Assembly (NCBI RefSeq): GCF_036321535.1
Contig: NC_087436.1
Span: 98,768,001-98,832,000, forward strand
Origin: Camelus dromedarius
Taxonomy: Eukaryota
Direction of reading: 5' to 3'
DNA length: 64,000 nt
Under the pieces are notes generated by a model, which saw only the letters and a program-made list of their open reading frames with translations, searched no databases and was not told where the DNA came from. The first letter of the stretch is position 1. Each line of letters starts with the position of its first letter. The translations under genes were made by a program, and so were the position numbers. Shown one piece after another: positions 51,359 to 64,000 of this stretch.

Positions 51359-53655
51359 AAAGAAACTAGTGACTTTCCAACCTTGTCCTCTGCTACTACC
51401 ACATAAATAATGGGTTGTAAACAAGCTTAAGGAAAAAAAATGTTTCTCCAGACACATTTTGTGAAATAAGCAGGTGGCTTCTCTGCCTAATGTATGCATG
51501 AGGCAAGCACATGAGATTTGTAATCTAATTCCTCTCAAGCAGAAAGGCAGTTTGGATGTAAGCTAAGAGCAGCCTAAATCCTAGCTGAGGTGGGTGGAAA
51601 TGGGTTTACACACTGAATCCCTAAATTCTAACAAAGAAATTCTTCTGAAACCAAGGTATCTGAAAATAACTTTCTGGCTTTAAATTGTACTTTTACTGAA
51701 TTCTTTTATAAACAAATGAACTTAAGATTTCTTTAAACAGAATTTCTGAGCTAATGTTGGCATTGAAATTCTTAATTGACTGACTCAGTGAGAAAAATCT
51801 CTTACAAGAAAGTCCTATTTTTCAGTCTTTTCTTATACTCTCACTAGAGATCTAAGTCTGGGGAAGAAAATACAAGATTTTCCTTTTTAACATGTTATTT
51901 TCTTATAAGAGGAAAGTTTTAACTTAAAGTCCACTAATTGCTGCTGGGGAGGGGCTATCTGTTAAGCTACAAAACGGTAGAACAATTTTTAATGTGTGTT
52001 CTTTTATTTATTTCCAGCCCCCCAACCCCACTTAGGATCCTGAGATTTTTCAAAGGAGTTCCTTACCTGCAAACAATAACAACCTTACATCTGGTACCTT
52101 TTCGACTTGACTCTTCCCTTCATGTGTGGAGGGAGGTAGTAAGATGTAGAAAAGTCCTTCCTATCATGTATTTCCATGGTTTCCCCTTTAGCCAGGCTTA
52201 TGCTTAGAGCAGTGACAGCCAATTTTGCCTGCTCAGCACAGGGAGATGCAGGCGCCCTGCGTCTCATCTTGGCTTAACTCTCCTTTTCCAAATTCCCTTT
52301 TCTCCTCATCATGTCCGGTCACTGTTAAAGTATCCTTTGCCCGTGAAGAATCCATGATGCATAACCTAGCAAGTTGTACATAATTTTAGGTACACATTAT
52401 ATTAAAAATACAATATTGCATTATGCTGGCATTATAGTGAATTTCACTCAAATATTTATGATAGAAGAACAGAAACATAGCCACGGTGCCAATTATTTTT
52501 CCTTAAGTGTATATTAATAAAATGACTTCACAATGTTATCAGAAGTTATTAAGGAAGATAAAAATCAGAAACACAGCACAATACCAGAACATTGTCCTTT
52601 TGCGTATTTCAACAGTGACTGAATGCAGTTAACATGTTTAAAACATTTTTTTTTCAATTGGCAGCAATCTTCTTTGGAGAGGAAGAAAGCACGCACTTTT
52701 GCCCAAGGGCATAGTATGCTTGCCTCATAATGGCACAATATCTGTGTCTTTTATAACCCAGAGAAGTTGAATACTTGTGATGTCACTTTATAATAAAGAG
52801 TATATATTCTGAATGCAGAAAGTTCACCTTGAGAGTGAACAGCAGCTAGAGCTGAGTAAATTAACTGAAGGAAAGGACAAAAATATATGAATAGACAACA
52901 GTATGTTTTCCCTCGAGGAGAGAAGCAATAGAATATTCACAGAAAAGCAATTACTATGAAACTTAGTGATGTATGCAGAAAAAGGGAAAGGAAAGTTAAT
53001 GAGTTAGATAGGGAAAAATGGCACTAAGAAAAACAGGTTAGAATTATAAACGGATATGTACTCTGTGTAGCATCTTTAGATCATGCGCTTCTTGAGTTCA
53101 CTTAGTTACACGCATATCTTACCACCTCTGCCTGATTGTGCACTGCATGGGAAAATAATCCATGATACGTTCATTTTCTATGACTGACACCTCCTGGCCA
53201 AATGCTTAGGGTGGATTTAGGAGCTCAGAAACATCTGTGTTGGACAAGAGAAATTTCACTGTATAACTAGAGTCTCTCTGGACATCTAGATCCTACAAAT
53301 ATAAAGTGTCTGGGAATGTTTTGAACTAAGCCTCAGGTGTCACTTAGAAGTTCCCCGAATGTAAGAATCCAGCTGAGGAAAGGTTTCTGGGCTTCTTCCC
53401 TGAGGTTTCACCATGTTCAGACATCCGAGTCCCAAAGCCTAATGATTATTCAAATAGGAAGACACATTAAAAGCCTTAATAAAAAGTTCAGTTTCTAAAC
53501 CATCCTGGAGCAGAGGCTTCCAGATAAAAGTGATATTCAAGGAAGTAAGTCTACACTTAGCTAATCTAAATTTTAGAAACATATCACATTATTCCATTGT
53601 AAAGCTAAATGCTTTAGTAGGTTGGCTTAATTTCTTAAAAGTATGCTTTTGTACT

Positions 53656-54855
53656 GTGGCCTAAGCTATTAAGTGATCACTGGGGCCTTAAGCTTGACAA
53701 AACTTTAAGCAGGCTTTGTTCTGATTCTAGACTTCTGACCCCTTCTTTCTCAGCATATTTACATGAGAAAACTTAAAATTCAAAATGATTTCTCTGCCCT
53801 TTTTGAGACAGGAAGGGGGCAGGGCACAGCCTTTCAAGCAATGCTACAGCAATTAACATCAAAATGGTGGAAGATTCAACCCCCAGTAGAACCTGAGGCT
53901 CAAGATGGTGGGAGATTTGACTTCTAGCAGAACTTGAGCTTCATTATACGCCCATTGCAATATGTTAACATGGTGAATAACACACCCACAGGCACCATGG
54001 CAGTCCCAATTTGCCACAAAAGGTCAAAGAGTGGGAAATGGCCAACTTCTGAGAATCCCAGCCCCTTTCCCAGACTAGTTAGACTGGTCCTTCCTCTTAT
54101 TAACATATGAAGCTACCAAGCCCATAAAAACTGGGAACATGGCAACTCACAGCCGCCCGGTGCCTCTCTCTCTCTTTTTCCCTAGTTTGAGAAGGCCTGC
54201 ACTCTGTCCATAGCGTGTGTAACCACTCTCAAGCTAAGCACCCAACCCCTACACCTCTGGCCTTTCTCTTGCCTTTCAGTGGATCTCTCTGAATAAATCT
54301 ACCTTTACTCAACTGTGGCTCACTCTTGAATTCTTTCCTGCGCGAAGCCAAGGACACACCTTGGTGGGGTACGTTCCAGGGGCTCAATCGAAGCCTGAGA
54401 CGTGGCCCCCCTCATGCCCCACATCAGTTTTCCTGCATCACTTTGAGATGTCAATCTTTTCTGAAAGTCTCTTTCCAGTTTATTGCCCAGAAGTAATCCT
54501 AATGAACCTGGGGACCACCTCTTTGAAATGCAAGCACTGAAGGAAATGGCACCTCCACCTCCCAGTCTCTGTGGGAGGGGAGGAGCCTAACTTCAATTAG
54601 TAAACACAATGGCCTAATTGCAAAGAAAAATATTTGCATTTTTAGGGATAACTCAATCTGCTCCACATATCCCATTGATCAACCTCCCTGCTAGTGTTCT
54701 CCCATATTTTCTCACTCTTTTGCCTCTGCTTAAAATCCATTGCTTTTTGTTTTATTGGAGTTGAGCTCACACTGCATTGTGGTCTCTCTCCCTTTAACCT
54801 TGAGTAAAGTCTTCTTGCTTGTTTAACTTTGTCAGATATAATTTTTGCTTTGACA
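53656..54855 (+). mobile_element. Older ERV1-like solo LTR, split by the family A LTR
   Basis: The halves rejoin as ttctctgccc-cttt-gagatg; ends ...gtaaagtcttcttgcttgtttaactttgtc...ctttgaca. The 5' boundary is uncertain. Confidence 0.65.
53804..54440 (+). mobile_element. ERV1-like solo LTR, family A, copy 2
   Basis: TGAGACAGG...CCTGCATCA termini; TSD tttt/cttt; CATAAAAA near 54123, AATAAA near 54292; homologous to 2790-3415. Confidence 0.9.
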
Positions 54856-55300
54856 AAGATCATCAGAAAAATTAGTCACGTGAAACTGGATTTGCTTTTC
54901 TCCTGTAGTTGTTATAAAATCTATTACTTATTTTATTATTCTGGGTCTCAGATAATGTCTTTTATAAGATGGTAACAGTACACTTTATTTTTTATTTATT
55001 GTTTTTTCAATGGCAAACTGAATATTGTCCAGTTACTGAGGATATACTGAAATAACATTTATCTTAAAACATTGGTGGAATAATAATTTGTTTCTATTTT
55101 GTAGTAATATGCCTCAATTTAGTAATCCATTTAGTAATATTAGTAATCCATTTAGTAATATGCCTCAATAATTTTAGCACATTCACACTTTTTAGCCACG
55201 TTATTCCAAATCCTCAGAATTTACACTAAGGGAAAAATCAAATTTGCACAATTATTTATGAAAGTATTCCTAAATACTAAACAATGAAATAATGGTTTAG

Positions 55301-55360
55301 TAAATTGAAAAAGAAAAATTATCATAAATATAAATTGAAAAAGAAAAATTATCATAAATA
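55301..55360. repeat. Perfect 30-bp tandem duplication
   Basis: taaattgaaaaagaaaaattatcataaata x2. Confidence 0.95.
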
Positions 55361-55599
55361 TAAAATAACATTGATGAATGATATTTAATAGCATGCATTC
55401 ATTGTCCTTTTGTATTTTCCTGCCAATTGGGAGTAGTAAGAGATTTGTTATCCTAACTATTTGAAAGAAATTATCTAAGCATAGAGTGACTTTACAGGCT
55501 CAAGAAGAGTGAACCCTGGATATAAAATATCAGTGAACTAGATTCACAGTGATTAAACACTTTGATCACTAGGTAGCTATTTGAATAGGCATCTTTACT

Positions 55600-55760
55600 C
55601 GGAATCTATCAATTCCCCAGGAGGACTTTAGGAAATCCATGTCCCTCTCAAATAATATGGAAATTTGCATCTGTATGTACTTTTCTGGTCAAAGAGTTCT
55701 TAGATTTAATCAGGTTCTCAAAAGATTTGACAATCTCCAAAATCTTAAGAACAAACACAT
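55600..55760. mobile_element. hAT-Charlie remnant (MER103C-like)
   Basis: ttttctggtcaaagagttcttagatttaatcaggttctcaaaag...ttaagaac. Confidence 0.45.
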
Positions 55761-57999
55761 TTGAATTAATAGAAGACTGTCTCACATTGGACCATGGTGA
55801 TTTTTCAGCCATTCCAATAATGATGCAGGTAGTATTTTTTGCCATCCCTCAGGGCTTGCCCAGTTTCCTGGTAAATGCAGGCCCATACCCTACATAGCAT
55901 CCGTTGAAAATGGGAACAGAAACAAGAAAAATGATTTTATTAAACAGGTGTTCGCCATTCCATCAACCAATGTTGCCTTCCTCACTTAATTTTACACAAT
56001 ATCCACAATGTTGCTCAGAGTGACAGAGACTAATGGAATCAAAAGTTATCTCTCACTCATGCAGGTGCAAGCTAGATTTCAAATTATGTAGTCATTTGCT
56101 TTGTTCTACGGGAACCTGTTTCTTTAGTAACAGCATTTTACTTTCTTTGATAATTGAGCTTTCCAGAAACAAACGGCTTCTTCTATTATGTTTCCTTGCA
56201 TAAAATTTCAGCGGAATATATTAAGAGTTCTGTTTCTTGAAGTACTTTAAAACATTAGCTTATATTTTTCCCCATATACGATACAAGTGAAATAAGCTGA
56301 ACTCATTAAATAATTCATATTTAATTGTGGTGTATACAGCTAAAATATTTCATTGCAAAACACATTAGTGGTAGTCTTTTCAGCTTTTTAAAGGTATTAA
56401 GAGCAATATTTAGCCATACGACCATTTATTTATTTTAAACACATGCATCAAGGACTGAGGATGTCTAAAAGCATAAAGTAAATCTGGTCCCATGAACTTT
56501 AGTTAGATGAAACAGAATGTGCAAAGTTAGGAGTAGTAAGAACAAAAAACAAAAACAATGTTTGATGAACTCCAAGTTCAACAACACTAGAATATACATT
56601 CATAACTGATTCTTTGGAAAATAAATGGAATACAAGTGAATATAATTATAAAGTCCTAATACAATGGAAAAATAAGATTTGTTATAAGAGTGGCTTGAAT
56701 TTTAGTATCATTATGTTAAAAGTATGCTTCATAATCTTTTCAAAATGTGAATCTTCTGTTTTATTTTGCTTTTCTTTTCTCTTATTGTTTCTCTTCTCTG
56801 AGAGTGGTCCATTAGTTTCCTGAAATGTTTATGTCACATAGATATACATGTAAATGCAGCAAAGTTGACTCCAAATCCATATTAGACACAAGTGTGTTTG
56901 TATTTCAATTCTTGTAATTATAAGTGGCCCCTCTCCAGACTATTTTGTTTTCTATGAAACACAACAGAAAGCATCAAATTAGGGGAAAAGAGTGGCTCAG
57001 GCTGCCCCGAGCAATTACGAGAATTAAAGAAAATTACTAGTGGATGCTTTATGTACAGCAGGGGCTCTGTGGATGAAGACACAGAACTGCCAGGCACACC
57101 TGTGCTGATTTGCACTGTGAAATTGAAATTATCACCAGTAAATATAATTACTTAACAAATTTAATAAATGCTGTTTGGGGTTCTGAAATGGTACTTGGAT
57201 CCACAAATTACACAGTGATAAATGTAGCAGCACACACTCAATGGTACCTTAAAACACAACAATATACAGAACGTTCTGGAATGTAGCAGGATGGTTATGG
57301 GGAAGTAAAGATGGTAAGTTACTGCAAATATCAAGTGCTAAGACACTCCTAGTTACTCACGCTCTCGTTTTCCTTCTTTGATTATGTAATTCTGCCTAAG
57401 TTATTTTTTTAATATCCAATAGCTTAGATATCCGGGCTGTCCTCCTGAAATACTAAGAATTTTTTTTTTATTCTTCGTAAGAAATACGTAAATATTTGTA
57501 AACACTCCAAATGAAGTGCCTTAAATAACTATTTAATTAACAAATAAAGCAGTTATTGCTCTTGAGCTGTAATGATTGGCAATAATTGCTTTACGGAATT
57601 TAATAGTTATGAAATTAACAGAGATAAGTAATAAAAGGAAGAAATTAAGCTACACTTTCCATCATAACTTTAATTTGTATGCTCTTAAGAATCATAAAAA
57701 ACAATTGGTCTTTTACTAAATGAATATTAAGATAAACATTCACATATCCTATTTCATCTTGGAGAATTCTGTTGACCCACTAAGTCATAATTGATAATTA
57801 AAATGCAGTACAGTTTTTTATTAAAAGGGAATAATGTATTTTGTAAAGCTGCCATATGGTAAAAGCCTATTCAGAGTATAAATCCTCTGGAATAATACTA
57901 ATAACCATTAGTCTTCTACTTTAAACCAGTAACATGTTAGACATTTTTTTCAATAGTTTTCAGTATATTTAAGCATTTTATTAAAATGGTTTAAAACAC

Positions 58000-58862
58000 T
58001 GCATTAGTTTTCCAGGGCTGTTATAACAAAACAGCACAAACTAGGTGGTGTAAAACAACAGAAACTTATTTTCTTACAGTTCTGGAGGCTGGAAGTCTGC
58101 AATCAAGTGTCTGCCAGACCCAGGACTCTAGGGAGGAAACTTTCTTTGCCACTTCTAGCTTTTGATGCTTGCCATCAATCCTTGGTATTAACTTGCCTTG
58201 TGGACTCATTGCTCCAATCACTGCCTCCTTTGTCACACAGCCTTCTTCCCTGTGTATCTGTGTTTCTGTATCTTCATATCATCCTTCTCCTGTGTATGTG
58301 CCTGTGCTCAAATTTCCCTCTTCTTAGGATATTGATTACGTTGGATTTAGTGACCACCCTAATTCTGATCCTAATCCTAATCCAGTATGACTACATCTTA
58401 ATCTTATGACACCTACAAAGACCATATTTACAAATAAAGTCACCATTTTAGTCAGTTTGGGCTGCTATAACAAAAATAAAACAGATTAGGTGGTTTAAAT
58501 ATCAGTTATTTACTTCTCACAGTTCTGGAAGCTAGGAAGTCCAAGATCAAGGCATTGGCTGATGCAGTGTCTAGAGTGTCTAGAGACAGTCCACTCTCTG
58601 GCTAATAGACAGCTGTCTTTTCAACTGTGTCCTCACATGGAAGAAGGCATGAAAGAGCTCTCTGGGGTCTTTTTTAAAGGCACTAATCTCATCATGAGTG
58701 CTCCACCCTTACAACATAATTACCTGCCAAAGATCCTCCCTTGTAGCACATTGGGAGTTAGGATCTCAGCATACCAGTTTTGGAGGGATATCAACTTTCA
58801 TAGTCATATTCACAGGTTCTAGATGGACATGATTTTTCAAGCGACACTACTCAACCCAATAA
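58000..58862 (-). mobile_element. MaLR LTR (MLT1C/D-like), split by a second MLT1
   Basis: tgcattagttttccagggctgttataacaaa...acagttctggaggctggaagtc; resumes as attcacaggttc after 58807. Confidence 0.8.
58444..58802 (-). mobile_element. MaLR LTR (MLT1A-like), nested
   Basis: ttagtcagtttgggctgctataacaaaa...tgtgtcctcacatggaagaagg; 5-bp TSD gtcac/gtcat. Confidence 0.8.
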
Positions 58863-58994
58863 AAACGTGAAATATCAGTAGTCTTGCAAGTTCCAAGATT
58901 GGCTTCCCCAGTTGAGTGTCCTACAATTAATAAATCTCCCATTGGAACATTCATCAACCTACAGTAAGTAACATTTCTCATGCTATAGTATAGG

Positions 58995-59441
58995 TGTTAC
59001 CCTAAAAGGAGATGAGAAAAGACCCTAGTGAAGGTAGGCTGATCCAAGAACAGAAAAGCAGGGTCTTTGTTTGTCCTTTCTCTTTTATCCTCACTTAGAG
59101 GTGGTCTCTTGATTGATTGACAGCTCTTGCCCCTGAAGTGGTTAGTCATGTTTGTCCCCTTTTGGACGTGTCCTTACCCCTGATATAAATAGGAAAACCC
59201 ATGGAGGGGCCTAAACTGCAGTGCTAATTATATTACAATGAACACTGGGTCATGTTTAGTTAGGTCCTTGTCGCTGCTGCACAGTTGCACTTGCTGGGTT
59301 CTAACCAGTTTCTTGCTGGCACTCATTTAGAAGAACTAAAGCCCCTTTATGTTGAAGGCAGGGATACGGCCATCTTCTGGACCATCCTCCTTCTCCTCCA
59401 CTTTATCTGCCCAGTGCCCCTACTTATCTAACTACCTAACA
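58995..59441 (-). mobile_element. ERV1-like solo LTR
   Basis: TGTTAC...CCTAACA termini; TSD tagg/cagg. Confidence 0.8.
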
Positions 59442-59614
59442 CAGGAACTGGCAAACTTTTTCTGTAAAGGGCCAGATTATAAGTATTTTAGGCCAGATGG
59501 TCTCTGTTATAACTACTAACATCTGCTGTTGTAGCTCAGAAATAGCCATAAACAATAGGCTACTGGATGAGTGTGGTTAAATTTGGCCCCAGGCCATGGT
59601 TTTGCCCACCCTTG
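59442..59614. mobile_element. hAT-Charlie element (MER58A-like)
   Basis: caggaactggcaaactttttctgtaaagggccagat...tttgcccacccttg; 8-bp TSD CTATAGTA at 58983-58990 and 59615-59622. Confidence 0.85.
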
Positions 59615-60957
59615 CTATAGTAGAAAGAAATTATTTTATTTAACAGGGTAAATTTAAAAATAAATAAATACCAAGGAAAATCTGCACTAAAAGCATTTTT
59701 CACAATTTTTCAAAACTCTCTACTTATTTTTAATGCTATTGCAAGACCTACAAAGCAAAATTTATCTCAAAAAGCAAACTCACAGAAAGACACAAACAAT
59801 CCTAAATTTTAAAATGTGAATGGGGAGGGCATGAATTTTAAAGTTCAAATATATGGCCTTTCTGAGTGCCATGCTCTGTATGACTTCATAAATCATAAGT
59901 CCTTCAAACTGACTCTGCTTGAAAAATATTTTCAATTTTATTCTTTCAGTATAGTCTTACCAGATGAGATTTTTAAAAACTCACTAATAATAACTCACAA
60001 ATTAATCAAATGAATAATATATTACTTAAAGGGCCTAATATAGCATTTTGGACATTGAATGATATCCCAATATTGAGACCTTTAAATGAATTTACTAGCA
60101 TCTTTAATAATATTAACATTGAGTGGTGAGTGTTGCCAAATAAAGGTTATTTTAAATGGAATTTATTATATAATAATATCATTCTTCTAATTTTAATATT
60201 GTTATAGTTACTCAAATATCAATAAATAAGTTGTCAACTGAGTTCCATGATTTTTGTAGAAATCAAGTTTTAGCTATGAATGCTGGAAAATCAACATTCA
60301 GTGAACATTTTTGAATCACTGGGGGAAAGAAAAGATCAATATTGTAGAATTGTTGTAAACCTTATCCAGTGAAGTCTGATTAACAAAAGAAGTTAAACAA
60401 GTACCATAAAATTTTGCCTTTTATAATGTGAGTACTTTCTCTAGGAATGAATTTAACATGATCTACTTGTCATTTTAAATATATAACTTTTGCTACAAAG
60501 GAGGATATCCTGAAACTTATGAATTGTACAAAAACAAAATGAAACAAAACAAAAAACAAAACCTGATTATCCCAGAAGAGTCCCAGATCCTTTGAGTCAG
60601 CATCTCATGGCCTGAGCACATACTACCTGTGAAATACCTTAGACTTCTCTGAATGGCATGCATTCATTCTATTACAACCAATTACATCCACGAAGTCACC
60701 AAATCTTGTTGCAATCTGTACCATCCTTTCCATTCCTAAAATGCTGCCTTAATTTGGTCTTCTTGACTAAACTGTTCTTCTAGACAAAATACCCCCTGAA
60801 ATCTGAGTATTTCTCTCTCTCCTCCTTATATCGGTCTATACTCTTTCTAAACTATTTTCTGCTTTCTTCCAAGAGTACTTTCTAAAATGCAAATCTTATC
60901 ACAAAACTCCCCACTTTAAGTCCTTCAGAAACTGTCTTTAGAATAAATTTCAAACTT

Positions 60958-61704
60958 TTCTTTAAACAGCTCTATTGAAGTATAACGGATATACAAGAAA
61001 CTGCACGTATTTAGAGTATACAGTTTGATGAGTTTTGACATATGTATACATCCATGAAACCATCGCTACAATCAATGTAATAAGCATATCTATCACCTCC
61101 AAAGGTTTCCTCCTTCTTCCCCTTTGTATTTTTGTTTGTTTTTTGTTTTTGTTTTTGAGTCTTTTCTTTTGTGGTAAGAACACTTAGCATGAGATTCCAT
61201 CTTAAATGCTCAATGCAGTATTGTTAACTATAGGCACCATGTTGTACAACAGATCTCTATTCATCTTGCATAACTGAAAGATTGTATCTTTTGAACAACT
61301 CTTTATCTATGTGATACACCACATTAGCAGGATGAATGATAAAAATCACACAATTATCTCAAAAGATGCAAAAATAGCATTTGACAAAATTCAACACACT
61401 TTCCTGTTTAAAACCCTCAACAAATTAGGTATAGTATAGAATTTACTTCAACATATTAAATGTTATATATGACAAGCCCACCGCTAACATCACACTCAAA
61501 TTGTGAAAAACTGAAAACTTTTCTTCTAAGATAGGGAAAGAGGCAAAGATGCACACGCACACCTCTTTTATTCAACGTAATACTGGAAGCCCTGGCCAGA
61601 GAAATTAGGTGAGAAAAAGAAGTAAAATGCATTTAAATTGGAAAGAAAGTAAAATTATTTGTTGGCAAATGACATGATCTTATACGTAGAAAATCCTAAA
61701 GACT
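60958..61704 (-). mobile_element. 5'-inverted L1 insertion
   Basis: Antisense 3' UTR 60958-~61305 abuts a sense ORF2 RT-region piece ~61308-61704 (LLANDMILYVENPKD); TSD TTTCAAACTT at 60948-60957 and 61705-61714. Confidence 0.85.
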
Positions 61705-62629
61705 TTTCAAACTTCTTAAATGAACACATAATATCCTTTAAGAACTTGCTCATATATATAATATATATGAAGCTTATATGTATGCATAAATACATAGCCT
61801 CAGCCCCTACTAAGGCTGTGCATTTATACAAGCATCCTCCTTTATACAAAACATTCTTTTTACCTGAAATATTATTCCACCTTACTTTTTTTTTTTTTAA
61901 TTTAGCTAGATTCTCACTGCCCCTTAGGAGCACTCAGTTCAGTTGTTACCTCATTCTTTGAATTTCATGCAACCCACGGTTAACATGTACATGGTATAGA
62001 CTCTATTGCAATTATAACTTGACTAAAATGAAATGGAGAAGAGACAAAATGTAAAGAAGCAATCAGGAGATAGCAGCTCTTTTTTTTTTTTTTTTTTTAA
62101 ATATGTTGGGTCTCCAATAGCAGGGCTGTTTTATTATCCTGAGAGTGTCCTCCAGCAGTAGAAAATTGCAAATGAAAAGCTTGATTTCAGAACTGAGTTC
62201 ACCAGTCTATTCTAGCTGAAACACACTAAACTGGAAAAGTGGCAGCTGGAAGGTGATCAGTTGAGCTGTTTTGTTTGTTTTGCTTCACTTTCTTTCACAC
62301 AGGTTAATTCTTCCTTTCACCAGCCCTTCATACCGTGGGACCTTTGAAAAGTGTTCTAATAACCTCTACTTCAGAAGCATTCAGAACTCTTTTCCCTATG
62401 TAGTAAAATTGGACGTTAGACCCTTTTCAAAAGATTTTTACTACTTCCATTGCCTCGTCCTATTCCCTCGTATGTTTATCTGACGAACATATGTTCAGAT
62501 TCTTAAGCCTACATCTTTTCATTAACTTTGTATGACTTCAAATTTAACTGGAAGTCTGAAATTGCAGGCTTTGGAAGATTTTATAACCTCAGACTCTGCT
62601 ATTCCAGTGATCTAATTATAATTTTGACT

Positions 62630-62850
62630 AATGTTTATTTAAGGCTTACTATGAGCCAGCCATCAAGCTGAGCACTTTAAATGCAGTATCTCTTTCATTT
62701 ATCCCCAAAGCACTGAATTGAAGGTCCTATGTTCAAAATTGAGAAAATTGAAGCTTTGATAGGTGATGCAACTTACCAAGGCCATATGAGTAACAAGTAC
62801 TTGAGGAGTTCAAACTTAAGTCAACCAGCAAACCCTGTGGTCTTAATTAC
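62630..62850 (-). mobile_element. MIR
   Basis: tttatttaaggcttactatgagccag...gagaaaattgaagct...aacttaccaaggccata. Confidence 0.65.
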
Positions 62851-64000
62851 AAAGAAACTATCAACTGATGACTCCTAATATTTCAGAGCCAAGCTACATA
62901 AACGTGTGTGTGTGTGTATATATATATTCTGATTATGTGTTAAAGTGAAATATAAGTAGAAGAGGGTGAATATAAGAAGGCCAGGGTTTTACATTTGCCA
63001 TGGCAGAGATAATAACAATATGACAGATTTAAAAATCTGTACACCGAAGTGGAGCTAATGAATTTTATATGGAGGTAGATTGAGTATGGAAAACAACAAC
63101 CACATTAGCATAATGGGAATATGGTTCTGCCTAAGTGGCTAGAGGAAATTATTTTTTAACCATTAATGCAAATATACAGTGTTTCATTTTCTATTACCTA
63201 ATTATTTTAAATAATGTGCCTGTGTAGTGAATAGAGAGCTTTGTTTCTCTACAAAAGATCATTTCAACATTTGGTTTTTCCAAATTCAGCAAAACATTCC
63301 AAAGGAGCTAATTTTTTGAGGTCTTGTAGATAAAACAGACATTTAATTCTTCCAATTTTCACTGTTTGTGGAATTATTTTTGTATTTTGAGATTTAAACA
63401 ATGTAAAATATTATAACAGTTCATTGATATATATTGATAAGATAATCCATAATTTTGTTAGGTGACACAATAAAACTAGAACATTTTCTTTGTATTTTAA
63501 ATTTTAAAAATACAAAATTTATTTTTAAACTAAAAAATTATACTCTCTGACATTACATAACTTCAAAATACCATCATATAACACTATAAAAAGAAAAGCA
63601 TTTTTTTTAAAGATTAAAGAAATTCAAGCTGCAGTTTATTAGTGAAATAATTTACAATAACTCAGTGGGGATGCTGAATAAGAGGGCACGTGAAGAAAGA
63701 CAATTCACTTGTTTCAAGGCATGGAGGCAAAGCTTTGTAAAAGTTACTTTGAAATATTTGGCCCCTAAAGTTCATTTTAATCCTTTATTCTGAGTATAAT
63801 AATGAACGGCTTATATTTTAAAACTTAATTTTATAAATATTTTTCTGAAGTGTTGGTATGACCCTTCACATATTTTCTAGAAAATTTAAAAGTATACCTG
63901 TAGATTAAATTTTTAGACTCCTTTTTTTAAGCTATGAAAAATAGAATCTATTCCCTAGCCTCTCTTCACCTTTTTTAGTCCGAACCCATATTCTCTGATC

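Noticed and set aside
2790..54440. The two family A LTRs as the ends of one provirus
   Set aside because: They are in opposite orientation, each has its own TSD, and no matching internal gag/pol/env lies next to them.

Overview
AT-rich mammalian genomic DNA, very probably camelid (three tRNA-derived SINEs resembling the camelid vic-1 family). It looks like a large intron or intergenic region: I can support no intact protein-coding gene, RNA gene, CRISPR array or prokaryote-type system, and nearly all ORFs in the track are chance ORFs or repeat debris. The window is mostly transposon fossils: seven ERV1-like solo LTRs (six with readable 4-bp TSDs), MaLR/ERVL LTRs, an ERVL LTR plus internal fragment, several L1s (one 5'-inverted), hAT elements, MIR and L2. 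The standout is a ~460-bp insertion in an old L1 ORF1 (41932-42395). It holds a decayed copy of the 3' part of WNT7A exon 3, then non-exon-4 sequence and an A-tail, which suggests a retrocopy of a non-canonical WNT7A transcript. Repeat family names and WNT7A identity come from recalled consensus sequences, not a database search.
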